A stretch of 64,000 nt of DNA, from NCBI GenBank assembly GCA_963575745.1, contig CAUYUJ010000237.1, forward strand, positions 372,001 through 436,000. The letters run 5' to 3'. The position numbers were made by a program, and so were the translations under genes. This DNA is from Prorocentrum cordatum (Eukaryota). How positions within the stretch are numbered: position 1 is the first letter of the stretch; each line of letters begins with the position of its first letter. Below, piece by piece: positions 12,341-28,328 of the stretch. The notes beneath the pieces are model-generated. The model had not been told where the DNA came from, did no database searches, and saw only the letters and a list, made by a program, of their open reading frames with translations.

Positions 12341-12671
12341 GAAAAAATTTACGTAAGACATGTAGGATTGTGTACACCGGAGAAGGACAATCTATAGAAA
12401 CATACGTACGTCGTCCAATGCGCCTCGGAAGGCGCCTCGGAAAGCGCAGAATACTCCTCCAAGGCGCGGAATCATGTTCCCGGACCGCCTTCCGGGAACA
12501 TGATGGGGACGACCTCCTGAAGGTCTCCGGTGGGCCTCTTGGGGGCCTCTCGGAGGCCTGTTGGGCTCTCCTGGAGGCGTCTTGGGGCGCGTGTGTGTAT
12601 ATATAGGGAAGAAATTGAAATACGTGGAAGGAAGTGGCACGACTCGGGAGGGCTTGGGGGAGGTATATATC

Positions 12672-12702
<31 letters not shown>

Positions 12703-13464
12703 CTATACAGAAACATACGTAAGAGTCTATACAGGTATATATATGTAGGATTGTGTACACAGGAGAAGGACAATCTATAGAAACGTAGTACGTCGTCCAA
12801 GGCGCCTCGGAAGGCGCCTCGGAAAGCGCAGAATACTCCTCCAAGGCGCGGAATCATGTTCCCGGACCGCCTTCCGGGAACATGACGGGGACGACCTTCT
12901 GAGGGCCTCCAGTGGGCCTCTTGGGGGCCTCTCGGAGGCCTGTGGGGCTCTCCTGGAGGCGTCTTGGGGCGCGCTGAGGGCCATTTTTGGGCCTCTTGGG
13001 GCCTCGCGGGGCCCTCTTGGGGCTCGCTGGGCTCGCTTAGGCAGTCTTGAAGCCCTGTCGGGGCACTCCTGGAACCGTCTTGGGCGGCTCCTGGGCCATC
13101 TTGGGGCTCTCCTGGGCCGTCTTGGGACGATTTTGGGGGTCTCTTGGGCCGTCGTGGGGCGGTCTTGGGGGCCTCTTCGGCCGTCTTGGAGCGGTTTAGG
13201 GAGACTCTTGGACGGTCTTGGAGCGTCGGAACCCTGAAAAAGCGAGAAGGTCCAAAGCCTCGAACAAAAACAATAAAAATCAACGATTTGGGCTTGTCGC
13301 GGCTCTCTTGGGAGGCCTCTTGGGAGGCCTTCGGGGCCTCATGGAGCTCTCTTGGAACGTCTTCGGGCCTTCCTGGCCATTCCTGAGGCTATCTATGCGC
13401 GTCTTGGAGCGCTCGCGGGCCGTCTTGGGCGGTCTCGAACTGCGGCAACGGCTTCCGGAAATCC

Positions 13465-13695
13465 ATCCGACCGATAAACCGATAAACCGATAAAAACTAA
13501 TCGGTTGAACGGTTTGCAAACCGATCAACCGAAAAAACGATATAATTTGATCGGTTTATCGGCGGATCGGTCGCTCAACCGAAAAACCGATAAACTTCGT
13601 ATGCGAACATAGAGGCGATTGCTGGCGCGCCCCCCTCTCTTCGTCGGTTTATCGGTTGATCGGTTTATCGGTTGATCGGTTTATCGGTTGATTGG
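13465..13695. repeat. Foldback-like repeat of 8-bp units (AACCGATA left, TATCGGTT right)
   Basis: Inverted arms of the same octamer. Related copies at 18112-18441 and 24520-24975. Confidence 0.8.
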
Positions 13696-16600
13696 CTGGT
13701 CTGAGACCGCCGGGGGGGCTGGTCACCTGAGGAGGGCGATCCCGAATGCCCGCATTCGGTTTATCGTTTATAGGGTTTATCGGTGGTTGTCAGTTCCCGC
13801 CACGACCGACGACGCGTCGGCGACGGCGAAAGTGGCCGGACCGCCATGGGGTAGGGCATCTCCGAAGTTAGAGGTGCGAGGGCGACTCAGGCGAAAGTGG
13901 CCTGAACAACGACAATCTCTCCTACCACTGTCGCCCAGACTACGGAAGGCAGGGGTGACATGCAGGTCAACGCTGCGAGTTTTTGTGTAGGCGGAACTGG
14001 CCAGGACAATTTGGAGCAGGGAAGAATATCAGAGGTCAGCGTTGCGAGGATGTCTCAGGATGAGGACGAGGAAGGTCATGCTGATGATAATGATGGCGAT
14101 GGCGGCAGCCGCGCGGGAGGCAAAATCTGGCGGGGCAAATTTCGGCGGGAAGCAAGTGCGAGGATGGCTCAGGCGATGGTGGCCGGATTACTTCAACTCA
14201 AAGAATATCGGATCCCAGAATGCTGCGGATGCTTTAAGCGGGATGCGCCGGTGTGGTGAAGATGTCCCAGGCGAGAGCGCTAATAATCACTTGTCGTGGC
14301 GCGTTGGAGCCCAGACTTCCGAGGATGTCTCACGAGGAACGGGCCTCCTCCTCCTCCTCCTCCTCCTCTGCGTCGTTGTCGTCGTCTTCCTCCTCCTCCT
14401 CCGTGTCCTCCTCCACCTCCTCCTCTTTTCAGAGTCAAGGGCGCGCGATTGCGGTAAGCCGCCGTGAGGCGCTCTAATTGGACGGATTGCCACGGTGAGG
14501 CAAGGATATGAGGGAGTAGCCAGGAGTCGGAGGACACCCCAGCGTCCTCATCCCATTCGCCCCCTCAATGATGCGCTGTCCCTTCTCGGGACTGGGGGGG
14601 CAAGGGACACCTTCGTAGTGGGTCTGATATGCCGGGCCATCGAACATTCATTTGCGTGGCAATCGAATCGGTCACCCAGGATGCCGGTTCCCCGGACTCT
14701 TCCCAGGATCAAAACGCACCAGCCTCTGTCACCTTATTCGGGTTTCCCGCGGCTCAATACGCGCCAAGAGGGCTCCAACATGGCACTGCGACGGTTGAAC
14801 ATGGCAGCGAACATGCTGAACATGCAAAGAAGGCCTTGGGACAGCCCGAGTAAATCCCACCAGCTCTTTAGGGCGTGAGTGGTCTAACGAGCTCGTTCTG
14901 CTAAACCCTCTCCTTCCCCTTCGGGGAGGGGGCCCCCCCTCCCCCCACCCCCTACCCTGGACCTGGAGGGAGGGTTTCGCGAGGAATTGGAGCGCCCAAG
15001 ATGGCCCAATATGGCTGCAAGAGGGCCTCCAAGAGCCCCAGATGGTCTCCAATATCTTGCAAGATAGCCCAAGATGGTTCAAGATAGCTTTCAACATGCA
15101 TCCAAGAGCTCTCGAGACCGCCCCAGGACGGCTCCAAGTGCCTGTCGAGCCCTCCAAGGAGCCCATCAAGAGGCCAAAATCTTTGAAATCCCTTGTGTTT
15201 TTTCCACAGTTTTCTGCATCATCGCCTTTTCGCGTTCGATGGGGTAGTCCTCAGTGCTCATGCTCAAGGATTCCCAAAGGGCTCGGACCCCATATCCTCG
15301 AATCTCCCAGGCGAGTCTCCGCTGCGGGTGCACCAAGGGGAAAAACGTGGGACCCGAAGTGACATTGGGAACTCTCGGCGCCAAACAGCTCCCATGAGGT
15401 TTCGCGGAGCCCCCAACACGTCCCCAGAGATTGCCCAAAAAGGGGCTCGGGCAGCTCCAGGAGGTGCCCCAAGAAGCGCTCAAGTGGCCCCAAGAATGCG
15501 CCCTTGTGGATTGTGACCCAAACCCAGGCACTGCGGCGGCATGTGCCGAAGGCTGTAAATACTCGCGGATCGCGCAACTTGAATTCTCCATGAAGAAGAA
15601 CTTACCCGCCATTGCGCGTCTTGGCATTTTGAGGCGTGCTCGAATGCCTTGTGCTGTCTGGATGAGCTTATGTGATCTTCCAAGAACCCCCCCTCTCTAT
15701 GAGCGCCCTTGCGCGTGCACGGCCTCCCTTTCTCCGAGGCTCTGTCCCCATGACGGCCCCGGGGGCCCCCCAGGGAACCTCAATGCCCGATCAGGAAAAC
15801 AGCATGCACGCTCCGAAGATTTCAGCCATTGCAACTTATTCGGGTTTCCCGCGGCTCAATACGCGACAAGAGGGCTCCAACATGGTCACTGCGACGGTAT
15901 TTGAACATGCCAGCGAACATGATGAACATGCAAAGAAGGCCTTGGGACAGCCCGAGTAAATCCCACCAGCTCTTTAGGGCGTGAGTGGTCTAACGAGCTC
16001 GTTCTGCTAAACCCTCTCCGTCCCCTTCGGGGAGGGGGCTTCCCCTCCCCCTACCCCCTACCCTGGACCTGGAGGGAGGGTTTCGCGAGGAATTGGAGCG
16101 CCCAAGATGGCCCAATATGGCTGCAAGAGGGCCTCCAAGAGCCCCAGATGGTGTCCAATATCTTGCAAGATAGCCCAAGATGGTTCAAGATAGCTTTCAA
16201 CCATCCCAAGTGCTCTCGAGTCGCCCAGGACTGCTCCATTCTTTTAGTGCCTGTCGAGCCCTCCAAGGAACCCATCAAGAGGCCAAAATCTTTGAAATCC
16301 CTTGTGTTTTTTTCACAGTTTTCTGCATCATCGCCATTTCGCGTTCGATGGGCCCCTGAGGCCTCAAGATGGCTCCATGATGGCCCAAGAGGGCCCCAAG
16401 AGGGGCCCAGGAGGGCCCCAATACCGCCCCAAGAGCGCTCAAGACCGCCCAAAGAGCGGCCCAAGAGGACACCAAGAGGCACATTTTCGGGCCCCGACGG
16501 GGGGGGGGGGGCTTCAGGACCCCCCTCCTTATATGATCGATTGCCCCAAGAAGACCTTCAACGCATCAAATATGGCCTCAAGAGGGCCCCAAGAGCGCCC

Positions 16601-16835
16601 AAAGAGGGCCCCAAGAGAGCACCAGGAGGGCCCCAGAGGCCTCCAGGATAGCCCAAAGAGGGCACCCAAGGCTTCCAAGAGGGCCCCAAGAGCGCCCCAA
16701 GAGCCCAAGAGGGACCCCAAGAGCGCATCATGAGGGCTCCAGAGGCTTGCAACAAGGGCCTCAGAGTGCCCCGCGATGGCCCCAAGAGGCTTCCAATACG
16801 CGACGCTCTCAGAGCGAAGGATGTTGGTGGTTGAC

Positions 16836-16892
<57 letters not shown>

Positions 16893-18974
16893 GGTCGTGG
16901 TCGTCGTCGTATTGCTCGTCATCGTCGTCGTGCCTTTCTTCGCCACCTATATAATTGCATACGCATGCTACTTGTTTATGCCTCCGCCTCCGGCTTCCCC
17001 CTCCTTTCTTACATCCTCCTCCCCTTCCTGCTCATCATGGCCACGCCTTCCGCCCTTTTGACTTCCTTTCTCACCCTCCTTTTCCGCATGCCTCCTCTTC
17101 TCTCAACTCCGATTGCTCCACCTCAACAGCGGATGTGGATCACTGCTGGGCCAGATGATGCTACACATCCCTGATCGGGTCAACTCGCCTGGCGACTGTT
17201 TTTGGATGGGCTGGTGGGGATACGCGCAGCGAGAACAATTTTGGAGAGAGTGCATCACGGGCACAAGAGGGCCTCAAGCTGGCCGTCAAGGACCTCCGAG
17301 AGCCTAAGATGGTTTTCACAGGGCACGTGGACGGCCGAAGGTGGCTTCTTCACGTCTCCAAACGACGCCCCCAAAGACGGCAAACACGGCCCCAAGGAGC
17401 CTTATTAATCTTGTTTTCTTTATCAGCATTATCCTCACCACCGCCCACTTCACACACCCACCGCCTATCATCACCTTTCTTACTAAGCCTAACAATCAAT
17501 AATCTTCATCAAACAGCATCATCTTCCATCGTCATCATCATCATCATCATCAATCATCATCAGCTATATCATCGATCATCATTCGCAGCTGCCAGCAGCT
17601 TCAGCATCATTATCATCTCTCATAATCATCATTCCACTCAATTCTTCATCTTCATCAATTCATTCATCATCATCATCATCGTCATCATCTATCATCATCA
17701 TCATCATACGCATCTGGCTTTATAATTGTGTGGTGTGGGAACGAGGAGGAGGGACGAGGAGGAGGAGGAGGTGGAGAGGAGGAGTGGAGGGGAGGAGGAG
17801 AGAGGAGGAGGCGCAGGCGGAGGAGGACTAGGAGGAAGAGGAAGGGGAGGCGGAGGAGTCTAGGAGGAAGAGGGGGAGGGAGGACTAGGAGAACCATGGG
17901 CGTCGGGGCCAGTGAGGGAGGGAGGGAGGAGAGGGAGGGAGGGAGGGAGGATCGGAACGGAGGAGGGAGGAGGAGGAAGAGGGAGGAGGAGGAGGAGGAG
18001 GAGGAGGCGGAGGCGGAGGAGGACTAGGAGGAAGAGGAAGGGGAGGGCTAGGAGGAAGAGGAGAGAGAATTTCGAAGGATTACCCATTGGACAACCACGA
18101 CAACGCCGGGCCGATGAACCGATCAACCAATAAACCGATAAACCGAAGCATCCGATATACCGATAAACTGATAAACCGATAAACTATTTCGGATAAACCG
18201 ATAAACTGATAAACCGATAAACCGATAAACCGATAAACTGATAAACTGATAAACCGATAAACTGATAATCTGTGCTGAGATTCGGGCACGCATGCAATGA
18301 GTCGGTTTAGTGGTTGATCAGTTTATCGGCAGATCGACCGATAAACCGATATAACCATATCGGTTTATCGGTCGATCTGCCGATAAACCGATCAACCGAA
18401 ATAGTTTATCGGTTTATCGGTTTATCGGTTTATCGGTTTTATGTTCGTGTCCTGCGGCTGCAATCGATATCGGATCCAGAATGTCGGCGGATGCTTTAAG
18501 CGGGATGCGCGGTGTGGTGAAGATGTCCCGGGCGAAAGCGTTAATAATCACTTGGTCGTGGCGCGTTGGATCCCAGACTTTCCGAGGCTTGTCTCAACGA
18601 GGAAAACGGGCTCTCCTCCTCCTCCTCCTCCTCTGCGTCGTTGTCGTCGTCCTCCTCCTCCTCCGTGTCCTCCTCCACCTCCTCCTCTTTTCAGAATCAA
18701 GGGCGCGCGATTGCGGTAAGCCGCCGTGAGGCGCTCGAATTGGACGGATTGCCACGGTGAGGCAAGGATATGAGGGGGTAGCCAGGAGTCGGAAGACACC
18801 CCAGCGTCCTCATCCCATTCGTCCCCTCAATGATGCGCTGTCCCTTCTCGGGACTGGGGGGGCAAGGAACACCTTCGTAGTGGGTCTGATTTGCCGGGCC
18901 ATCGTACATTCATTTGCGTGGCAATCGAATCGGTCACCCAGGATGCCGGTTCTGTTTCCCGGACTCTTCCAAGG

Positions 18975-20260
<1,286 letters not shown>

Positions 20261-23097
20261 GGTTTCTGGCTTCGCTGCTAAAGCGGCGATGATCTGGAGC
20301 ACGCGCTTGCACTCCTGCTCCTTCTGTGGGCAGGCGTAGCGCTCTACCAACACGGCCCAACTCACGCTTGGCAAGAGTTGCTTGCGGCCGTCGTTTCGAA
20401 CCGCCACCGTGCCCCGAGGCACGATGTAGTTCTCAGTATTCAGTCCCATGAAGTCTCCATGTAGTCCTCAGCGCTCATGCTCAAGGATTCCCAAAGGGCT
20501 CGGACCCCATATCCTCGAATCTCCCAGGCGAGTCTCCGCTGCGGGTGCAACAAGGGGAAAAACGTGGGACCCGAAGTGACATTGGGAACTCTCGGCGCCA
20601 AACAGCTCCCATGAGGTTTTTTTTTTTCGTGTGGAGCCCCATCACGTCCTGAGATTGCCATAAAGGGGCTCGGGCAGCTCCAGGAGGTGCCCAGAAGCGC
20701 TCATCTGTGGCCCCAGAATGCGCCCTTGTGGATTGTGACCCAAACCCAGGCACTGCGGCGGCATGTGCCGAAGGCTGTAAATACTTGCGGATCGCGCAAC
20801 TTGAATTCTCCACGAAGAAGAACTTACCCGCCATTGCGCGTCTTGGCATTTTGAGGCGTGCTCGAATGCCTTGTGCTGTCTGGATGAGCTTATGTGATCT
20901 TCCAAGAACCCCCCCCTCTCTATCAGCGCCCCGGCGCGTGCACGGCCTCCCTTTCTCCGAGGCTCTGTCCCCATGACGCTCCGAAGATTTCAGCCATTGC
21001 AACTTATTCGGGTTTCCCGCGGCTCAATACGCGCCAAGAGGGCTCCAACATGGCACTGCGACGGCTGAACATGACAGCGAACATGCTGAACATGCAAAGA
21101 AGGCCTTGGGACAGCCCGAGTAAATCCCACCAGCTCTTTAGGGCGTGAGTGGTCTAACGAGCTCGTTCTGCTAAACCCTCTCCTTCCCCTTCGGGGAGGG
21201 GGCTCCCCCTCCCCCCACCCCCTACCCTGGACCTGGAGGGAGGGTTTCGCGAGGAATTGGAGCGCCCAAGATGGCCCAATATGGCTGCAAGAGGGCCCCC
21301 AAGAGCCCCAGATGGTCTCCAATATCTTGCAAGATAGCCCAAGATGTTCAAGATAGCTTTTCAAATGCATTCAAGAGCTCTCAAGACCGGCCCAGGACGC
21401 TCCAAGTGCTGTCGAGCCCTCCAAGGAGCCCTCAGCAAGAGGCCAAAATCTTTGAAATCACTGGTGTTTGTCCACCAGTTTTTCTGCTTCATCGCCTTTT
21501 CGTTCGTTTGGGGGATGGTCCTCAGTGCTCATGCTCAAGGATTCCCAAAGGGCTCGGACCCCATATCCTCGAATCTCCCAGGCGAGTCTCCGCTGCGGGT
21601 GCAACAAGAAAAACGTGGGACCCGAAGTGACATTGGGAACTCTCGGCGCCAAACAGCTCCCATGAGGTTTCGCGGAGCCCCCAACACGTCCCCAGAGATT
21701 GCCCAAAAGGGGCTCGGGCAGCTCCAGGAGGTGCCCCAAGAAGCGCTCAAGTGGCCCCAAGAATGCGCCCTTGTGGATTGTGACCCAAACCCAGGCACTG
21801 CGGCGGCATGTGCCGAAGGCTGTAAATACTTGCGGATCGCGCAACTTGAATTCTCCATGAAGAAGAACTTACCCGCCATTGCGCGTCTTGGCATTTTGAG
21901 GCGTGCTCGAATGCCTTGTGCTGTCTGGATGAGCTTATGTGATCTTCCAAGAACCCCCCCCTCTCTATCAGCGTCCCGGCGAGTGCACGGCCTCCCTTTC
22001 TCCGAGGCTCTGTCCCCATGACGGCCCCGGGGGCCCCCCCAGGGAACCTCAATGCCCGATCAGGAAAACAGCATGCACGCTCCGAAGATTACAGCCATTG
22101 CAACTTATTCGGGTTTCCCGCGGCTCAATACGCGCCAAGAGGGCTCCAACATGGCACTGCGACGGTTGAACATGGCAGCGAACATGCTGAACATGCAAAG
22201 AAGGCCTTGGGACAGCCCGAGTAAGTCCCACCAGCTCTTTAGGGCGTGAGTGGTCTAACGAGCTCGTTCTGCTAAACCCTCTCCTTCCCCTTCGGGGAGG
22301 GGGCTTCCCCTCCCCCTACCCCCTACCCTGGACCTGGAGGGAGGGTTTCGCGAGGAATTGGAGCGCCCAAGATGGCCCAATATGGCTGCAAGAGGGCCTC
22401 CAAGAGCCCCAGATGGTCTCAAATATCTTGCAAGATAGCCCAAGATGGTTCAAGATAGCTTCCAACATGCATCCAAGAGCTCTCGAGACCGCCCCAGGAC
22501 GGCTCCAAGTGCCTGTCGAGCCCTCCAAGGAACCCATCAAGAGGCCAAACTCTTTGAAATCCCTTGTGTTTTTTTCACAGTTTTCTGCATCATCGCCTTT
22601 TCGCGTTCGATGGGCCCCTGAGGCCTCAAGATGGCTCCATGATGGCCCAAGAGGGCCCCAAGAGGGGCCCAGGAGGGCCCCAATACCGCCCCAAGAGCGC
22701 TCAAGACCGCCCCAAGAGCGGCCCAAGAGGACCCCAAGAGGCACATTTTCGGGTCCCGACGGGGGGGGGGGTGACTTCAGGACCCCCCTCCTTATATGAT
22801 CGATTGCCCCAAGAAGGCCTTCAACGCATCAAATATGGCCTCAAGAGGGCCCCAAGAGCGCCCAAAGAGGGCCCCAAGAGAGCACCAGGAGGCCCCAGAG
22901 GCCTCCAGGATAGCCCAAAGAGGGCACCCAAGGCTTCCAAGAGGGCCCCAAGAGCGCCCCAAGAGCCCAAGAGGGACCCCAAGAGCGCATCATGAGGGCT
23001 CCAGAGGCTTGCAACATGGGCCTCAGAGTGCCCCGCGATGGCCCCAAGAGGCTTCCACTACGCGACGCTCTCAGAGCGAAGGATGTTGGTGGTTGAC

Positions 23098-23157
<60 letters not shown>

Positions 23158-23754
23158 GGTCGTGGTCGTCGTCGTATTGCTCGTCATCGTCGTCGTGCCT
23201 TTCTTCGCCATCTATACATTTGCATACGCATGCTACTTGTTATCCTCCTCCTCCGGCTCCCCCTCCTCCTCATCCTCCTCCCCCTCCTGCTCATCATTGC
23301 CCGCCTTCCTCCCTTTTGCTCCTTCCACCCTCCTTTTCCGCATGCCACCTCTTCTCTCAACTCCGATTGCTCCACCTCAACAGCGGATGTGGATCACTGC
23401 TGGGCCAGATGATGCTACACATCCCTGATCGGGTCAACTCGCCTGGCGACTGTTTTTGGATGGGCTGGTGGGGATACGCGAAGCGAGAACAATTTTGGAG
23501 AGAGTGCATCACGGGCACAAGAGGGCCTCAAGCTGGCCGTCAAGGACCTCCGAGAGCCTAAGATGGTTTTCACAGGGCACGTGGACGGCCGAAGGTGGCT
23601 TCTTCACGTCTCCCAACGACGCCCCCAAAGACGGCAAACACGGCCCCAAGACGCCTTATAATCCTCCGACTTTTCAGCATCATCCTCACCACCGCCCACA
23701 TCACCACCACCACCGCCATCATCACCTTCTTACTAAGCATAATCATCATCTTCA

Positions 23755-24125
<371 letters not shown>

Positions 24126-25994
24126 CCATCCTGATTATAATCCGAGGAGGAACGAGGAGGAGGAACGAGGAGGAGGAGGAGGAGGAGGAGGAGGAGGGAG
24201 GAGGAGGAGGAGGAGGCGGAGGCGGAGGAGGACTAGGAGGAAGAGGAAGGGGAGGCGGAGGAGACTAGGAGCAAGAGGTGGACGGAGGACTAGGAGAACC
24301 ATGGGCGTCGGGGCCAGTGAGGGAGGGAGGGAGGAGAGGGAGGAGAGGGAGGGAGGGAGGATCGGAACGGAGGAGGGGGGAGGAGGAAGAGGGAGGAGGA
24401 GGAGGAGGAGGAGGAGGCGGAGGCGGAGGAGGACTAGGAGGAAGAGGAAGGGGAGGACTAGGAGGAAGAGGAGAGAGAATTTCGAAGGATTACCCATTGG
24501 ACAACCACGACAACGCCGGGCCGATAAACCGATCAACCAATAAACCGATAAACCGAAACATCCGATATACCGATAAACTGATAAACCGATAAACTATTTC
24601 GGATAAACCGATAAACTGATAAACCGATAAACCGAGTGCAGCGGCAACGGCTTCCGGAAATCCATCCGACCGATAAACCGATAAACCGATAAAAACTAAT
24701 CGGTTGAACGGTTTGCAAACCGATCAACCGAAAAACCGATATAATTTGATCGGTTTATCGGCGGATCGGTCGCTCAACCGAAAAACCGATAAACTTCGTA
24801 TGCGAACATAGAGGCGATTGCTGGCGCGCCCCCCTCTCTTCGTCGGTTTATCGGTTGATCGGTTTATCGGTTGATCGGTTTATCGGTTGATTGGCTGGTC
24901 TGAGACCGCCGGGGGGGAACCTGTGGAGGCGATCCTTGTGCCGCATATCGGTTTATCGGTTTATCGGGTTATCGGTTGGTTGTCAGTTCCCCGCCACGAC
25001 GACGACGGCGACGGCGACAGTGGCCGGACCGCCATGGGGCAGGGCACCTCCGAAGTCAGAGAGAGGCGCGAGGGCGTCTCAGGCGCAAGTGGCCTGAACA
25101 CCGCATCTCGGGGAAGATCGGGGGTCAGACTACGTGAAGGCAGGGCGCATCCCAGGTCAACGCTGCGAGTTTTTGTGTAGGCGGAACTGGCCAGGACAAT
25201 TTGGAGCAGGGAAGAATATCAGAGGTCAGCGTTGCGAGGATGTCTCAGGATGAGGATGAGGAAGGTCATGCTGATGATAATGATGGCGATGGCGGCAGCC
25301 GCGCGGGAGGCAAAATCTGGCGGGGCAAATTTCGGCGGGAAGCAAGTGCGAGGATGGCTCAGGCGATGGTGGCCAGATTACTTCAACTCAAAGAATATCG
25401 GATCCCAGAATGCTGCGGATGCTTTAAGCGGGATGCGCCGGTGTGGTGAAGATGTCCCAGGCGAAAGCGCTAATAATCACTTGTCGTGGCGCGTTGGATC
25501 CCAGACTTCCGAGGATGTCTCACGAGGAACGGGCCTCCTCCTCCTCCTCCTCCTCTGCGTCGTTGTCGTCGTCCTCCTCCTCCTCCTCCGTGTCCTCCTC
25601 CACCTCCTCCTCTTTTCAGAGTCAAGGGCGCGCGATTGCGGTAAGCCGCCGTGAGGCGCTCTAGTTGGACGGATTGCCACGGTGAGGCAAGGATATGAGG
25701 GAGTAGCCAGGAGTCGGAGGACACCCCAGCGTCCTCATCCCATTCGTCCCCTCAATGATGCGCTGTCCCTTCTCGGGACTGGGGGGGCAAGGGACACCTT
25801 CGTAGTGGGTCTGATATGCCGGGCCATCGAACATTCATTTGCGTGGCAATCGAATCGGTCACCCAGGATGCCGGTTCCCCGGACTCTTCCCAGGATCAAA
25901 ACGCACCAGCCTCTGTCGCCGCGTCCGGCCGTGGCGACGAGGGGGGCCCCGAAGGCCACAAAGCCTCGGTGCTCGAGGGGTCGGGGGGTGCACC

Positions 25995-26025
<31 letters not shown>

Positions 26026-26029
26026 CGAT

Positions 26030-26088
<59 letters not shown>

Positions 26089-26266
26089 CGGCGTCGTCGC
26101 CGTCGTCGTCGTGCGCCCACCCGACCCAGAATCCGTCCCAATCGGGCCCCAGGACTCTTCTCAAGGTCAAAAAGCACCAGCCTCTGTCACCGCGTCCGGC
26201 CGCGGCGACGAGGGGGGCCCAGGAAGGCCAGAAGCCTCGGTGCTCGAAGGGTCGGAGGTGTGTACC

Positions 26267-26367
<101 letters not shown>

Positions 26368-26579
26368 GGCGGCGGCGACGGCGGCGGCGGCGGCTGCGAC
26401 GGCGTCGTCGCCGTCGTCGTCGTCGTGCACCCCCCGACCCAAGATCCGTCCCGAACAAGGCTCCGGACCCTTCCCAGGGTCAAAAGGCACCAGTTTCTGT
26501 CGCCGCGTCCGGCCGCGGCGACGAGGGGGGCCCCCGAAGGCTACAAAGCCTCGGTGCTCGAGGGGTCGGGGGGTGCGCC

Positions 26580-26679
<100 letters not shown>

Positions 26680-27483
26680 CGGCGTCGTTGCCGTCGTCGT
26701 CGTCGTTCCCTCCCGACCCAAAAATCGCCCCAAACGGCCGTGGCCGGCTCTCCAGGGCCATGCAGCCCAAGATCTGTCACGCGGTCGGGCCCGCGGCGAC
26801 GGGGGGCCCACGAAGGCCAGATTAGCCTCGGTGGTCGAAGGTTCGGAGGGGCGCGCCACATACGACGGCGGCGAAGACGACGGACGACCGGGACACGGGG
26901 GGGGGGGGTGGGGGGGGGGGAGGGGGACGACTGCGGCGGCGGCTGGCGACGGCGTCCTCGCCTGCGTCGTCGTGCACCCCCGACCCAGAAACGTCAAAAG
27001 GGGTCCGGATTGTTCCCAGAGTCAAAAAGACTCCCGTCTCTGTTCGGCCGCGTCCTGGCCGCGGCCGACGAGGGGGGCCCCGAAGGCCAGGAAGCCTTGG
27101 TGCTCGAGGGGTCGGGGGGTGCACCACGACGACGGTGACGATGACGACGACGATGGCGATGGGGATGGTGCTGATGATGACGACTACGGTTTCTGGCTTC
27201 GCTGCTAAAGCGGCGATGATCTGGAGCACGCGCTTGCACTCCTGCTCCTTCTGTGGGCAGGCGTAGCGCTCTACCAACACGGCCCAACTCACGCTTGGCA
27301 AGAGTTGCTTGCGGCCGTCGTTTCGAACCGCCACCGTGCCCCGAGGCACGATGTAGTTCTCAGTATTCAGTCCCATGAAGTCTCCATGTAGTCCTCAGTG
27401 CTCATGCTCAAGGATTCCCAAAGGGCTCGGACCCCATATCCTCGAATCTCCCAGGCGAGTCTCCGCTGCGGGTGCAACAAGGG

Positions 27484-27649
27484 CACAAATCCTGGCGCTT
27501 GCACTCGCCTCGCACGGCCCTGGGGGGGGGGAGGAGGAAGCCTCCCCCAGGAGCGGAGGGTGCGGACCCGACCCATCTGCCCCGCAGCGCGCGGCCTCTC
27601 CGAGGCCAAGCGGGCAGACGCCGGTCGGGCCCGTGGGGGAGCACCACCC
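27484..27649 (-). repeat. Split direct repeat B2 (3' terminus)
   Basis: Matches 28046-28213 except around the G-run. Confidence 0.95.
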
Positions 27650-27681
27650 CCCCCCCACACCCCCAGGGCGGGTAGGGCGGG

Positions 27682-28045
27682 CCAACGACAGCTCGTGGTC
27701 ACTATGGACCAGAAGAGAGGGCCCCATTGGGCACGTGAACGCAGCAGGCCGCTATGGGCCGCAACGAAGCCACTATGGGCCGCAAGGACGCCACTATGGG
27801 CCGAGCGAAGCCCCCAGAGGGCGGAGGGCCGAAACCCGACACACGGCACGGTATTTATATCCCGCCCCAGTGCCAGGCGGAGGAAGCACGGCACGGCACT
27901 GCACCACACGACGCGTGCGGGAGGCGGAAGAGGGTCGACCAGCGCGCGGCCGACCAGCCGAGCGAGGGCGCCCCCGCGGCCAGCCGCGGGGTCGTTCACA
28001 GCGCGGGCGGATTTGTGCCAAGCAATAACTTCGTTATTCCGACCC
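27682..28045 (-). repeat. Split direct repeat A2 (364 bp)
   Basis: Matches 34205-34568 with 4 substitutions by eye. Contains three copies of a 21-bp subrepeat (gccactatgggccgcaa...). Confidence 0.96.
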
Positions 28046-28213
28046 CACAAATCCTGGCGCTTGCACTCGCCTCGCACGGCCCGGGGGGGGGGGGGAGGAG
28101 GAAGCCTCCCCCAGGAGCGGAGGGTGCGGACCCGACCCATCTGCCCCGCAGCGCGCGGCCTCTCCGAGGCCAAGCGGGCAGACGCCGGTCGGGCCCGTGG
28201 GGGAGCACCACCC
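28046..28213 (-). repeat. Split direct repeat B1
   Basis: Directly abuts A2, forming the B|A junction; matches B2. Confidence 0.95.
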
Positions 28214-28328
28214 ACTGCAACGGCGCTCCCGCGGGCCACGCCCGGCGCTGCCACCCACTGCCCCCGCGTGCCGGGGGTGCGCCCACGTGTGTGCCGTGCA
28301 GACGCGACCACCAGACTGCGCGGGGTGC

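Noticed and set aside
28025..28034. ATAACTTCGT matches the first 10 nt of a loxP arm, next to a tyrosine recombinase gene
   Set aside because: There is no 13-8-13 structure or second arm; it is explained by the small AATAAC/GTTATT hairpin and is probably coincidental.
27988..28054. HDV-like ribozyme at the junction
   Set aside because: Crossed helices exist, but the P3/L3, P1.1, P4 and catalytic-C J4/2 elements are not in the canonical arrangement on either strand.
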